IMG/VR virus record: IMGVR_UViG_3300037479_000281
Source of the DNA: a virus
DNA: 43,789 bases
Direction: 5' to 3' (one strand)
Shown here in pieces: positions 22,424 to 31,546 of this stretch. The position numbers and the translations under genes were made by a program. Every line of letters starts with the position of its first letter. Position 1 is the first letter of the stretch. The notes under the pieces were generated by a model. That model saw only the letters and a list, made by a program, of their open reading frames with translations. It made no database searches and was not told the DNA's origin.

Positions 22424-24564
22424 AAGAGAATCCGATCGTCGCCGATGATCTGAAGATCGGCACCTTCCAGGACTTCAAGGACCACGTCGGGAAGATCATC
22501 ACCCGTGTCAACGGAGACCAGCAGGCTCGCCACGAGTGGCTCGAGCGCCAGGCGCGCTACTACCGACGCCGCTACGCCCGCGAGGGCCGCAATGTCGATG
22601 ACCCCTGGCCCGGCGCCTCCGACATCGTCATCCCGACGATGGACATGTCGATCGACCGGATGAAGGCCACGCTCTCGCGCATGATCTTCACTCGGCCAAT
22701 GGTCGACTTTGTCGCTCGCAAATCCGCGAGCCTCGAGCGGGTCATCAACGCCAGGATCTACTTCGACCACCTATTGAATGAGCGCATCCCGGACTACCGC
22801 GAGCAGGTGATGATCGGGCTCGACCAGATTCTCCAAGACGGCTATTGCGTCTTCAAAGTCATCTGGGACTACCGCACCGAGAAGCAGCAGCACATCCTCA
22901 GGCGTGAAGACCTCCCCAAGGTCTTCCGCATGATGTTCCCTGGTCTTGACGAGGAGGAGGCGGCACGGGAGTCCTTGGACAACCGCCGTTTTCCGCTGGC
23001 CAACTCTGTCCTGAAGCGCTTGATCGACGACAATTTCGAGATCATCGAGGCAAGGATCTCCCGTGAGTTATCCCTCGACCCGGAAGATGAGACGGACAAA
23101 AAGGCGATCCGATCTGTCATCGACTTCCTCAGAAACGGAGAGGAAGAGGTCCGCTACACCACCAAGCAAATCGTCGCCAACAATTCCCGCGTCATTGCCG
23201 TCGACGCCCAGGATTGCATCGTCCCCCCCGGCTCCTTTGATATCCAGGACGCCGAGCGAGTCACTCACCAGATCTTCCTCACCGAGAGCCAGTTCAAGTC
23301 CCGCGCCAAGCACAACGGCTGGAACGAGTCCGCCGCCGAGCTGGTCCTCAACAAGAAGCGCGAAGAGGAGCATTCCACTCGAGGAAGCCGCGAGCGGGAT
23401 AGCATTCTCAACCATTACCGGGACGCCCGGGAGGGGCTTAGTTCCCTCACCACCGATCGGCTCATCAAGATCTGGGAGCACTATTTTTGGCACGACATTG
23501 ACGGTGATGGGGTCCCCGAACGTTGCGTCACGCTGATCCATCCGGGCACGCAAACCGTCTTGAAGGCGCCGCGGCAGATCCCTTACACGCATGGGAACTT
23601 CCCCTTCGTCCAGATCAAGTTCGAGATCAACGAGCCGCGCTTCTTCAGCTCCCGCGGCATCCCTGAGAAGATCGACGACATTGACCGCGAGATAACGATC
23701 CGGCACCGCATGAAGCTCAATAAGCTCGAGATGCTCGTGCCGATGTTCAAGTACAGGATCGGCTCTGGCTTCAGCCCCCACAATATGGTCTTTAAGCCAG
23801 GGACCTGCGTGCCGGTGGGGAACCTCGATGACTTCGATGCGATCCAGTTCCCCGACTTCACCGCCGGGGATCGCTTCGAGGAGAACGATCTCTTCACGCT
23901 CATTCAGCGCTACCTTGGCGGGCTCGACTCCGGCCTCGTTGCACAGGACAACCTGAGCGAGGCGCGCACCGCAACCGAGATTGCCGCGATCCAACGCACG
24001 GCCTCAGAGAGCTTGACCTATAAGGGGCTTATCATCCAGACTGGGATGAAGAAGCTCTACAACATGATCTGGGATCTCGAGAACCAGTACATGCCGAAAG
24101 AGGTCTGGCTCCGGGTGACGGGATCGGAGATGACCCGGCTCACCAAAGAGCAGATTATCGGCGATTTCGAGATCGTTCCCATCGGCACGATTGAGAACAC
24201 TGACTCGGCGGCCGAACGCCAGGCGGCCTTCACCCGGTTCCAGGCGCTGCTCCAGATCGCCCAGCTTGGCCCCGCGGCCCTGGGGCCCGAGTTCCAGATC
24301 GATCTTGGGCAGGCCTTGATGGCCTGGCTGAGGCGCGACAACGCCAACGATGCGCAAGTCATCGTGCGCCAACGCAAGCCGGAGGAGATCGAAGCCCTGA
24401 AGGCCCAGCAGGCTCAGCAGCAAGAACTTGCCCAGCGTGTTGAGGGCAATCAGGGCGTCACCGTCGAGGAGGCCCGCTCGATCATGTCGCAGGCGAAGTC
24501 CAAGATGCCCTTTGGCCCTAGCACCAGGATTTTAGCGAATGCCGGACAGCGACGAGCTGGATAG
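22420..24564 (+). CDS. Portal protein (714 aa)
   Basis: The call rests on size, on position between terL and the scaffold/capsid genes, and on coupling to terL. Confidence 0.75.
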   Translation: MKENPIVADDLKIGTFQDFKDHVGKIITRVNGDQQARHEWLERQARYYRRRYAREGRNVDDPWPGASDIVIPTMDMSIDRMKATLSRMIFTRPMVDFVARKSASLERVINARIYFDHLLNERIPDYREQVMIGLDQILQDGYCVFKVIWDYRTEKQQHILRREDLPKVFRMMFPGLDEEEAARESLDNRRFPLANSVLKRLIDDNFEIIEARISRELSLDPEDETDKKAIRSVIDFLRNGEEEVRYTTKQIVANNSRVIAVDAQDCIVPPGSFDIQDAERVTHQIFLTESQFKSRAKHNGWNESAAELVLNKKREEEHSTRGSRERDSILNHYRDAREGLSSLTTDRLIKIWEHYFWHDIDGDGVPERCVTLIHPGTQTVLKAPRQIPYTHGNFPFVQIKFEINEPRFFSSRGIPEKIDDIDREITIRHRMKLNKLEMLVPMFKYRIGSGFSPHNMVFKPGTCVPVGNLDDFDAIQFPDFTAGDRFEENDLFTLIQRYLGGLDSGLVAQDNLSEARTATEIAAIQRTASESLTYKGLIIQTGMKKLYNMIWDLENQYMPKEVWLRVTGSEMTRLTKEQIIGDFEIVPIGTIENTDSAAERQAAFTRFQALLQIAQLGPAALGPEFQIDLGQALMAWLRRDNANDAQVIVRQRKPEEIEALKAQQAQQQELAQRVEGNQGVTVEEARSIMSQAKSKMPFGPSTRILANAGQRRAG

Positions 24565-24871
24565 CCTCCGCCAAATGGCCGAGCGCTTGAAGCGCTTGGT
24601 CGAGGAGCGCGGCGGGCAGGAGAGCCTGAAGTCGATCCTCGTGGCCCATCTCGACGGGGCCATGCGGCGGCTGATGAAGGTTACCGAGCCGATCGAGTTT
24701 CAACGAATGATCGGCCGCTACCAGGCGGTCATTGCGATCATGGACACGATCTACGGCCAATTGGAGCTCTTCCAGGTCCGGATCGATGAGCTCGAGGCTC
24801 GCAAACGCGAGCAAGAGATGAGCGAGCAGCCACGGCGCATAGAGAGAGGGTTGAAGGACGATGGGTTCTAA
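24539..24871 (+). CDS. Hypothetical coiled-coil protein (110 aa)
   Basis: Sense ORF that overlaps the portal 3' end by 26 nt. Confidence 0.5.
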   Translation: MPDSDELDSLRQMAERLKRLVEERGGQESLKSILVAHLDGAMRRLMKVTEPIEFQRMIGRYQAVIAIMDTIYGQLELFQVRIDELEARKREQEMSEQPRRIERGLKDDGF

Positions 24872-25490
24872 AGTCTTGATCGTTGCGGCCCCACGTTCGG
24901 GCACGCGCTACACGACAGTTCTCCTTGGAAACTGTGGGCTTAACGCCACGCACGAGGTTGTTTTCTCCAAGGACGGCTTCACCCAGTGGCACTCCGATGT
25001 CGATGTCTCCTGGCGCGCCCTGATGCAGCCTGAATCCCTGAGTGGCTGCCAGGTCCTCCACCAGGTGCGGAACCCGCTACGCCAGATCTCAAGCTGGCAA
25101 ACGATGTGCCGCTATACGGTCGAGCGCTATAAGAAAGACCTGAGGCAGGATATGGCCTGGCACCCATTCCAGGAGCTCCTGCCGCTTGGCTGGCCGACGG
25201 CCGCAGTCGCTTACTGGGTCGAGTTCAACCAATTGATCGAGCGGGTCTACCATGCGCCGCCGTTCTTCAAGGTGGAGGAGGCAGAGAGCGCGGTTCCTCT
25301 TGTGGCTCAAATGCTTGGCGTGGAGGTTGACGATGAGACCCTTCGCCTCGCGCTTGAGGCGACGCCCAAGGACACGAACCGTCACCCCGAGCTTCCCCCG
25401 GCAAGCGATCGGATCCTCGAGTGGGACGATCTTCCAGAGAGCGAGTGGAAGGTGAAGGCGAAGGAGCTGGCAGCGAAGTATGGCTATTGA
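24861..25490 (+). CDS. Sulfotransferase-like protein (209 aa)
   Basis: The N-terminal VAAPRSGTRY resembles the 5'-PSB loop (PKSGTT type) and VRNPLRQISSW resembles the 3'-PB motif (RNP.D...S). A GAAGGA RBS is present. Confidence 0.65.
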   Translation: MGSKVLIVAAPRSGTRYTTVLLGNCGLNATHEVVFSKDGFTQWHSDVDVSWRALMQPESLSGCQVLHQVRNPLRQISSWQTMCRYTVERYKKDLRQDMAWHPFQELLPLGWPTAAVAYWVEFNQLIERVYHAPPFFKVEEAESAVPLVAQMLGVEVDDETLRLALEATPKDTNRHPELPPASDRILEWDDLPESEWKVKAKELAAKYGY

Positions 25491-26448
25491 CCCCATGTTT
25501 GGCCTGGGGATCCTCTCCCAGGGCGAGACCATCACGAGCCCTGAGCAGCATCGCTTGATCGCCAAGCGGGCTTGGCTTCAGCTTTGGGACTACCTCTCCC
25601 TCAATGACGAGCATCTCCTGGCCTCGCAGATCCCGGTCCCCTGGTCGCTCGATGAGGACCGAGACTTGAAGCTGCACCTGGACTCAAGCCAGGCGAAATT
25701 GCGCCGCTTCGAGAGCCCCGAGGCGCTCCGCCAGTACATCGTCGGCTCCGAGCGCTACGAGGATGAGCGGATCCTCACGGCCCTGGAGAAGATCCCGAGC
25801 GATTCCCGCTGGCAGCGGATGAACTGGATCCTGAATGAGATCCAGGCCGAGAACCCGCTCTCGATTCTTGACGTTGGCTCGGGCTGGGGCGAGATCGCAT
25901 TTATGCTCGGAGTTTTGAAGCGTAACGTCGTCTCACTGGCGCCAAATCCAGCCGTTCGCCGCATCCTTGAGCCCAAGGTGCGCGATGCGAAGATCAATGT
26001 ACGCTTCGTCGATAAGCTCTTTGAGGAGATTACGCCCAAGGAAGGTGCCTTCGATCTGGTCCTTCTGGGCGAGGTCATCGAGCACGTCCTTGACGACACC
26101 GAGACGCTCCAGAAGGCTTGCCTTCTCGCCCGGCGCACGGTGTTGCTTACAACTCCGGTCGGAAGTTGCGAGCAGGGGTTTCACCCCAATGCTGACTGGC
26201 GTTCACACGATGAGCACCTTCGCGCCTACTCAAGGAAACGCTTTGAGGAGCTTCTCTCAAAGGCTCCTCAATTCCGCACTGTCGGAGATATCCAGGTGAT
26301 CGCCGAGATCGTCGGCCATCGCCAGCAACCCCTCAATTGCTTCTGCGTGAAGCTCAGGAGGATCCGCGATGATTGTGTCCAGCTTGCCGAGAATGGAAAC
26401 GGTCTACGGGACGAAGCCGAAGCCGGGGCCGTCGGCTCACTTCGGTAG
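25480..26448 (+). CDS. Class I SAM-dependent methyltransferase (322 aa)
   Basis: Motif I is ILDVGSGWGEIA. The post-I and motif II/III-like segments are VRFVDKLFEE and FDLVLLGEVIEHV. Confidence 0.8.
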   Translation: MAIDPMFGLGILSQGETITSPEQHRLIAKRAWLQLWDYLSLNDEHLLASQIPVPWSLDEDRDLKLHLDSSQAKLRRFESPEALRQYIVGSERYEDERILTALEKIPSDSRWQRMNWILNEIQAENPLSILDVGSGWGEIAFMLGVLKRNVVSLAPNPAVRRILEPKVRDAKINVRFVDKLFEEITPKEGAFDLVLLGEVIEHVLDDTETLQKACLLARRTVLLTTPVGSCEQGFHPNADWRSHDEHLRAYSRKRFEELLSKAPQFRTVGDIQVIAEIVGHRQQPLNCFCVKLRRIRDDCVQLAENGNGLRDEAEAGAVGSLR

Positions 26449-26464
26449 GGGCGTCCGTTGCTCG

Positions 26465-26620
26465 ATGTCGGGCGGGATGCGCTGCCCAAGCTTCACTGGC
26501 AAGACTCTGCCGGAGCAGCCGATGGCGATCCGGCCGCGCATGAAGGTCATCGAGCCGACAAACATCATCCACACGAGCCGCTTGGGCATGGGCGGGCTCG
26601 GTTCCGCATACGGGAAGTGA
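26465..26620 (+). CDS. Possible small protein (51 aa)
   Basis: It is the only sense ORF filling the 175-nt gap before the scaffold gene. The RBS is weak. Confidence 0.25.
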   Translation: MSGGMRCPSFTGKTLPEQPMAIRPRMKVIEPTNIIHTSRLGMGGLGSAYGK

Positions 26621-26623
26621 TCC

Positions 26624-27400
26624 ATGGCAGAAGAAGAGCTTTCTAGCGCCGAGAGCCTTGGCCAAGAGCAGGCCGAGGAGACGAGCCGTGAAGGCGGCGG
26701 CAAAGAGAACACCAACCAACGGTTGAAGCGCCAGCGGGATGCGGCGCGCGTCGAGTTGGCCAACCAGAGCCGAAAGCTTGAAGAGCTGGAGCGCGAGCTT
26801 CAGGGCCTTCGATCTACGATCGGCGAGGTTGGCGCGGCGCGTTCCACCGATCCCAACAAAATGCCCATCGAGCGTCTCGATGAGCTCGCTATGGCCGATA
26901 ACCCCGAGTCGCCTGGCACCGCGAACTTCGCTCTTGTCAAAGCCATGCAGCGACGAGAGCAGGCGCTCCAGAAGCGGATCGAGGAGGCCGAGCGCAAAGC
27001 CGAGGAGCGCATCAAAGCAATTGAGCGCGAGCGCGCCCAAGGCGAGCTTCGATCGGAATTGGTGAGCGTGTTTGGGAAGAAGGTCTTGGACCCGGACAGC
27101 GACCTGCGAACGCTTGCCGATGACTTCTACGGCCAGATCATGGGCCCCAACTTCAAGGAGCATGATCCCCGGGTGGTCAAGCTGGCGTTTTACGAGGCGG
27201 AGCGCCGTCTGGCGGCCAAGAAACCCAAAGCCCAAGAGACCAAAAACAAGGACCAAAAGCCTCCAAGGCCTGAAGACCTTGCCGAGGCCGGAAGCTCGTC
27301 ACTCCCTGACCTTGTCGCTGAGTCCCGGGCGGCGCTCGCCAAGGGCGATGTCCGCGGCTCGATGAGGGCCAAGATGGCGCGCCTCCTCAATTCAAGTTGA
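26624..27400 (+). CDS. Scaffolding protein (258 aa)
   Basis: The protein is highly charged with coiled-coil composition. The gene lies directly upstream of the capsid gene. Confidence 0.7.
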   Translation: MAEEELSSAESLGQEQAEETSREGGGKENTNQRLKRQRDAARVELANQSRKLEELERELQGLRSTIGEVGAARSTDPNKMPIERLDELAMADNPESPGTANFALVKAMQRREQALQKRIEEAERKAEERIKAIERERAQGELRSELVSVFGKKVLDPDSDLRTLADDFYGQIMGPNFKEHDPRVVKLAFYEAERRLAAKKPKAQETKNKDQKPPRPEDLAEAGSSSLPDLVAESRAALAKGDVRGSMRAKMARLLNSS

Positions 27401-27409
27401 GCCTGAGAA

Positions 27410-28327
27410 ATGGCTGGTGGAGCACACACCTTCGGAAAGTGGCGCGACGGGGCGCTGAGGGAAGATGTCACCGATGAGATCTTCCAAATCACACCCACGG
27501 ACACGCCGTTTTACAGCGTCACTGGCGACGCCGATGCTTCAAACCCCATGCACCAGTGGTCCACCCGGGCCCTGGCCGCTCGGGCGGTGAACGCGGTCCA
27601 GGAAGGCGCGAACTACACGACCGTCAACGTCAACCTCCCGACCCGCGTCGGGAACCTGCTTCAGATCCTGCGCAAGCTCGCCTCGGCCTCCTACTCCCTC
27701 CAGGCCTCGACCGCCGTCGGCATCGAGGATGTCATGGCGGACCAATCTGCTGTGGCGCTGACGGAGTGGAAGAACGATTGCGAGTTCAACCTTCTCAAGT
27801 CGACGCTCACAACTGGCAACTCCGATGCGACCGCCCGCAAGATGGGCGGCTATCTCCAGGTTGTCGGGCCGGCCAATAACCGCTTCGACTACAACTCGAG
27901 CGGCACTTTTGGGGAGGACATGTTCATCAGCCTCCTGGAATCCATCTGGTCGGACGGCGGCAAGCCGACCGATGTGCTCGTCAACTCGAAGCTGAAGCGC
28001 AAGATCGGCACCTTCAACTTCTCGGCGACGAAGAACATCCTCGCCGAGGATAAGCGCGTCGTCTCCATCGTCAACGTCCTCGAGACGGACTTTGGCATTG
28101 TCGAGGCGCAACTTTGCCGTGACCTGGGGAATGCCACCGGCACCTACCAGATCGCGGCCTTCGATCGCAGCTTCCTCAAGAAGGCCTGGCTGCGACGCCC
28201 GTCGATCAAGGTCATCCCCGAGACTCGCGATGCGACTGATGCGGTCGTGATCGGCGAGGTGACCTTGGAGTACGGCAACAAGGATGCCCTCGGCCTCCAG
28301 ACCGAGATCCTCCACAACGGTCTCTAA
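27410..28327 (+). CDS. Major capsid protein (HK97-fold, DUF5309/SU10-like by recollection)
   Basis: The call rests on the 305-aa size, on position after the scaffold gene, on the strong terminator or attenuator that follows, and on a conserved N-terminal H.W...L / N...EG pattern. Confidence 0.8.
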   Translation: MAGGAHTFGKWRDGALREDVTDEIFQITPTDTPFYSVTGDADASNPMHQWSTRALAARAVNAVQEGANYTTVNVNLPTRVGNLLQILRKLASASYSLQASTAVGIEDVMADQSAVALTEWKNDCEFNLLKSTLTTGNSDATARKMGGYLQVVGPANNRFDYNSSGTFGEDMFISLLESIWSDGGKPTDVLVNSKLKRKIGTFNFSATKNILAEDKRVVSIVNVLETDFGIVEAQLCRDLGNATGTYQIAAFDRSFLKKAWLRRPSIKVIPETRDATDAVVIGEVTLEYGNKDALGLQTEILHNGL

Positions 28328-28340
28328 CCCTTTCGACGCT

Positions 28341-28377
28341 GCTGGTGGCTGGCCCCCTCCGGCCACCAGCGCTTTTC
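28341..28377 (+). terminator. Rho-independent terminator or attenuator after the capsid gene
   Basis: GCTGGTGGC (28341..28349) pairs with GCCACCAGC (28362..28370) and is followed by GCTTTTC. Confidence 0.7.
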
Positions 28378-28380
28378 ACT

Positions 28381-28824
28381 ATGGAACCAGCTCTCCGATC
28401 TGTTCCGCCCTGTTTCTATCGCTTCGGGGTGATGCAGTCGCATGCCAGCATCCGCACGACGATCGAGAACGTCTCGAAGTCCTGGCGCCGGCTCTACCCT
28501 CTCGAGGTCGATGCCTGCCTGCGGATCGTCGACCACATTCGCCAGTCGCTTCACCGTCCCAATGCCGTCTCGGAGGAGAAACTCACGCTCCTGCGCTCGG
28601 TCAAGACCAACCGCCTAAACGGCGTCATGTGCCACATTTTCGGGCAGCAGTGGGAGCGGGATCCGGTCGTCTCGAAGATCTTCTATGAGGTCTTCGCCAA
28701 GCTCCTCGTCAACGAGAAGTCGGTGCCGATCATCAAGAACCCGGTCTCGGTCCTCGATGGCGCGCACTTTAACGACATTCAAAGCGAGTTCGCCTACCAG
28801 CATTTCATGGAGTCTGCCAAGTGA
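28381..28824 (+). CDS. Hypothetical protein coupled to the glycosyltransferase (about 147 aa)
   Basis: This is the first ATG after the terminator; the ORF-track start at 28345 lies inside the hairpin. There is a GTGA overlap with the GT gene. Confidence 0.5.
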   Translation: MEPALRSVPPCFYRFGVMQSHASIRTTIENVSKSWRRLYPLEVDACLRIVDHIRQSLHRPNAVSEEKLTLLRSVKTNRLNGVMCHIFGQQWERDPVVSKIFYEVFAKLLVNEKSVPIIKNPVSVLDGAHFNDIQSEFAYQHFMESAK

Positions 28825-31208
28825 GGCCGAAGCTTTCGGTGTCGATGATTGTCAAGAACGAGGAGCTGGGCCTGCCCCTGGTGCTCCAGTCGCTTCCAGG
28901 CCAGATCATCGATGAAATTGTCGTCGTTGACACGGGCTCCGAGGATCGCACGGTCCAGGAGGCCAAGGCCTTCGATGCCATGGTCCACCACTACGAGGAC
29001 CCGGATCCGATCGAGATCGATGGCTCGAGATGCCTCTCCGACTTCGCCGCCGCGCGGAACTTTGCTTTCTCAAAGTGCTCGGGCGACTTCATCCTTTGGA
29101 TCGATGGCGATGATTACTTCTTCGGCGCCCAGGAGTTCGCCAGGCACTGGCTGAAACAGATCGACTTCGGACGCACCGGCGTCCTTGGGATGTCCTACGA
29201 CTATGAGCACGATGAGGAGGGCAACTGCATCATGCGCCACCCGCGCGAGCGGATCGTTCGCGCCGGCACGCATGTCTGGCGCAGCCCGATCCACGAGGTG
29301 CTCTGCGCGCTGCGCGTGACTGGCGCCGCTTGGATTCCGCCAGCGCTTGCCCGGATTGTCCACAACGATTGCGGCGAGAACCGCCAAAGGAAGGCCAGGC
29401 GCAATGCCGCGGTCGCCGAGCGCTTCATTGCCCGCTCGGGCAATAACGTCGAGGCGCGGATGTGGCTCAACTATGGGAACTCGCTCGCTTGTTGCGGACG
29501 GCACGATGAAGCCATTGCGGCTTACGAGAAGTACCTCTCCATGAGCAAGTGGCAGGATGAGAAGTACTCCTGTCTCCTCGCTATGGCCAACTGCTACGGC
29601 GCGCTCAACCAAGAGGACCAGAGGATCTTCGCGGTCCTGAAGGCCGTCCACATGCGGCCGGACTACCGGGAGGCCTACCTCGAGCTTGCCGACCTGGCGC
29701 TCCAGATGGGCGACCCGAAGAATGCGATCTTCTGGTCGAACCTCGCCGATGCCCAAGAGAAGAACAATCTCGGCTACAAGGGCAACCCGTTCTTCCTCGA
29801 GAGCCGGGCAGCCGAGGTCCGCATGCACGCTCTCGCCAAAATGAACCGCTTCGAGGAGGCGATCGTCGAAGCCGACAAGCTGCTTGCGACCTATCCGGGG
29901 AATCACCGCGTCCTTGGGAAGAAGACCTTCTGCGCGTGCATGGCGCGCGAGCAGAAGCTGGAGGAGTCCTGGAAACTGATCGAGAACGCGCTCCTTTCAG
30001 ACGGCACGCCAGAGAAGCTGAAAGTCATGCAGCGCTGCGTGCCGGAGCAGCTTCTCGATTCGCCGCTCGTCGAGTTGCCGAGCGCCTCTGGCCGAAAGCC
30101 CGACCAGCCGACGATCGCATTTTACTGCGATGCGAACCTGACTCCCTGGTCCTACGACTCGATCGAGCGCGGCGGGGTCGGTGGCTCCGAGACCGCCGTC
30201 ATCCGCATGGCCGAGGCCCTTGCGGCGATTGGCTGGAATGTCGAGGTCTACGGTTACCCGGAGGAGGGCAAGGAAGGACTTCACAATGGAGTCTGGTGGT
30301 TTCCATTCTGGCGGATCGCGCACGCTCGGCCATTCGATGTCCTCATCAACTGGCGCCGCTGGAGCTTCAAGGCGCAGCCCCCAGCGGCCAAGGTCTCCTA
30401 TGTCTGGTGCCACGACGTTTTGAACCCCTACTACTGGCCCGATGCCTCCTGGCGCCAGTACAAGGGGATCATCGTCCTCTCCGAGGCTCACAAGGCGAAC
30501 GCCGTCGAAGCGGTTCCGATGGAGAAGCTGATCCTCTCCCGGAACGGCCTCGATCCCTCGTTCTGGTCGGGCCCTGAGGTCCCGCGCGACCCGCACCGGC
30601 TGATCTACGCCTCCTGTCCCTCGCGTGGGCTTGTCATCCTCGCGGATCTTTGGCCGCGGATCAAAGCCGAGTTTCCCGACGCCGAGCTGGATGTCTTCTA
30701 CGGCTTCAACAACGTCTTTCTCGATCAGATGCGCCGCTCGCAAGAGCACCGGAACGTTTTCGAGCGAACGCACGAGCTGGCCCGCCAGCGCGGCGTCAAC
30801 TACCACGGCATGGTCGACCAGGCAACCCTTGGGGCGGCCTTTCGGCGCGCTGGGCTCTGGGCCTATCCTTGCACGTTCCCGGAGATCTCCTGCATCACCG
30901 CGATGCAGGCGCAGGCTTGTGGCGCGGTGCCGGTGACGACGAGATTCTGGGCCCTTGACGAGACGGTTCGATATGGCCTACGGGTGGGTGACAAGGATCT
31001 TCGCCTCGATGAGATGGCCCATGGCCCCGAGCTTTGGCTCCGGGCGCTCCGCCGGGCCATGGATCCCGCGTGGCAAGAGACGATCAGAAAGGACATGGTG
31101 CCATGGGCGCAGGCCTTCTTCCCCTGGGAGAAAGTGGCGAGGGAGTGGGATCGGACGTTCAAGCAGGACCTTCGCTATTCGCCGGTGGCTTTGGCCGCCG
31201 TCGCATAG
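28821..31208 (+). CDS. Dual-domain glycosyltransferase: N-terminal GT2 (GT-A), TPR repeats, C-terminal GT4-like (GT-B), 795 aa
   Basis: The GT2 signature is SVSMIVKNEE...EIVVVDTGSEDRT...ARNFAFS...WIDGDD (DxD). The TPR-like helices span about residues 200 to 340. The C-terminal domain has GGVGGSETAV and FPEISCITAMQAQACGAVPVTT...DETV. Confidence 0.85.
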   Translation: MRPKLSVSMIVKNEELGLPLVLQSLPGQIIDEIVVVDTGSEDRTVQEAKAFDAMVHHYEDPDPIEIDGSRCLSDFAAARNFAFSKCSGDFILWIDGDDYFFGAQEFARHWLKQIDFGRTGVLGMSYDYEHDEEGNCIMRHPRERIVRAGTHVWRSPIHEVLCALRVTGAAWIPPALARIVHNDCGENRQRKARRNAAVAERFIARSGNNVEARMWLNYGNSLACCGRHDEAIAAYEKYLSMSKWQDEKYSCLLAMANCYGALNQEDQRIFAVLKAVHMRPDYREAYLELADLALQMGDPKNAIFWSNLADAQEKNNLGYKGNPFFLESRAAEVRMHALAKMNRFEEAIVEADKLLATYPGNHRVLGKKTFCACMAREQKLEESWKLIENALLSDGTPEKLKVMQRCVPEQLLDSPLVELPSASGRKPDQPTIAFYCDANLTPWSYDSIERGGVGGSETAVIRMAEALAAIGWNVEVYGYPEEGKEGLHNGVWWFPFWRIAHARPFDVLINWRRWSFKAQPPAAKVSYVWCHDVLNPYYWPDASWRQYKGIIVLSEAHKANAVEAVPMEKLILSRNGLDPSFWSGPEVPRDPHRLIYASCPSRGLVILADLWPRIKAEFPDAELDVFYGFNNVFLDQMRRSQEHRNVFERTHELARQRGVNYHGMVDQATLGAAFRRAGLWAYPCTFPEISCITAMQAQACGAVPVTTRFWALDETVRYGLRVGDKDLRLDEMAHGPELWLRALRRAMDPAWQETIRKDMVPWAQAFFPWEKVAREWDRTFKQDLRYSPVALAAVA

Positions 31209-31217
31209 AGGCCTTCG

Positions 31218-31328
31218 ATGAGGAACTCGATCATGAGCTCGAAGAAGAAGAGCGGCGGGAAAGGGAAGCGCAAAGGCGCAAGTCGGCGAGGACGCGGAAA
31301 GCCCGGGAAGCCCGGGATGCGCTACTGA
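31218..31328 (+). CDS. Possible 36-aa highly basic peptide
   Basis: The translation is MRNSIMSSKKKSGGKGKRKGASRRGRGKPGKPGMRY. It is in the same frame as the GT gene, 9 nt after its TAG stop. Confidence 0.25.
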   Translation: MRNSIMSSKKKSGGKGKRKGASRRGRGKPGKPGMRY

Positions 31329-31342
31329 GCGCCGAACGCGAG

Positions 31343-31546
31343 TTGCGCCAGGTCTTTGGCCAGGCCCTCGTTCCGGCGCACCAGGATGAGCTGAAGCTCC
31401 AGGCGATCCGTGACCACCTCGTCAAGGACTTGGGCCTCACCGACCCCGAGTCCCAGCGGGTGGCGATCCGGCGCCTGCGGCTTGAGAACCCGGCGCGGCG
31501 AAAGCCGGCGCTCGACACCATTTTTGATCGGGTGGCACGCCGATGA
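31343..31546 (+). CDS. Hypothetical protein; the 5' end is unresolved (minimal TTG-started version, 67 aa)
   Basis: There is an ATGA overlap with the downstream gene. The frame is open back to 31208 with protein-like acidic sequence, but there is no ATG/GTG/TTG upstream of 31343. Confidence 0.4.
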   Translation: MRQVFGQALVPAHQDELKLQAIRDHLVKDLGLTDPESQRVAIRRLRLENPARRKPALDTIFDRVARR

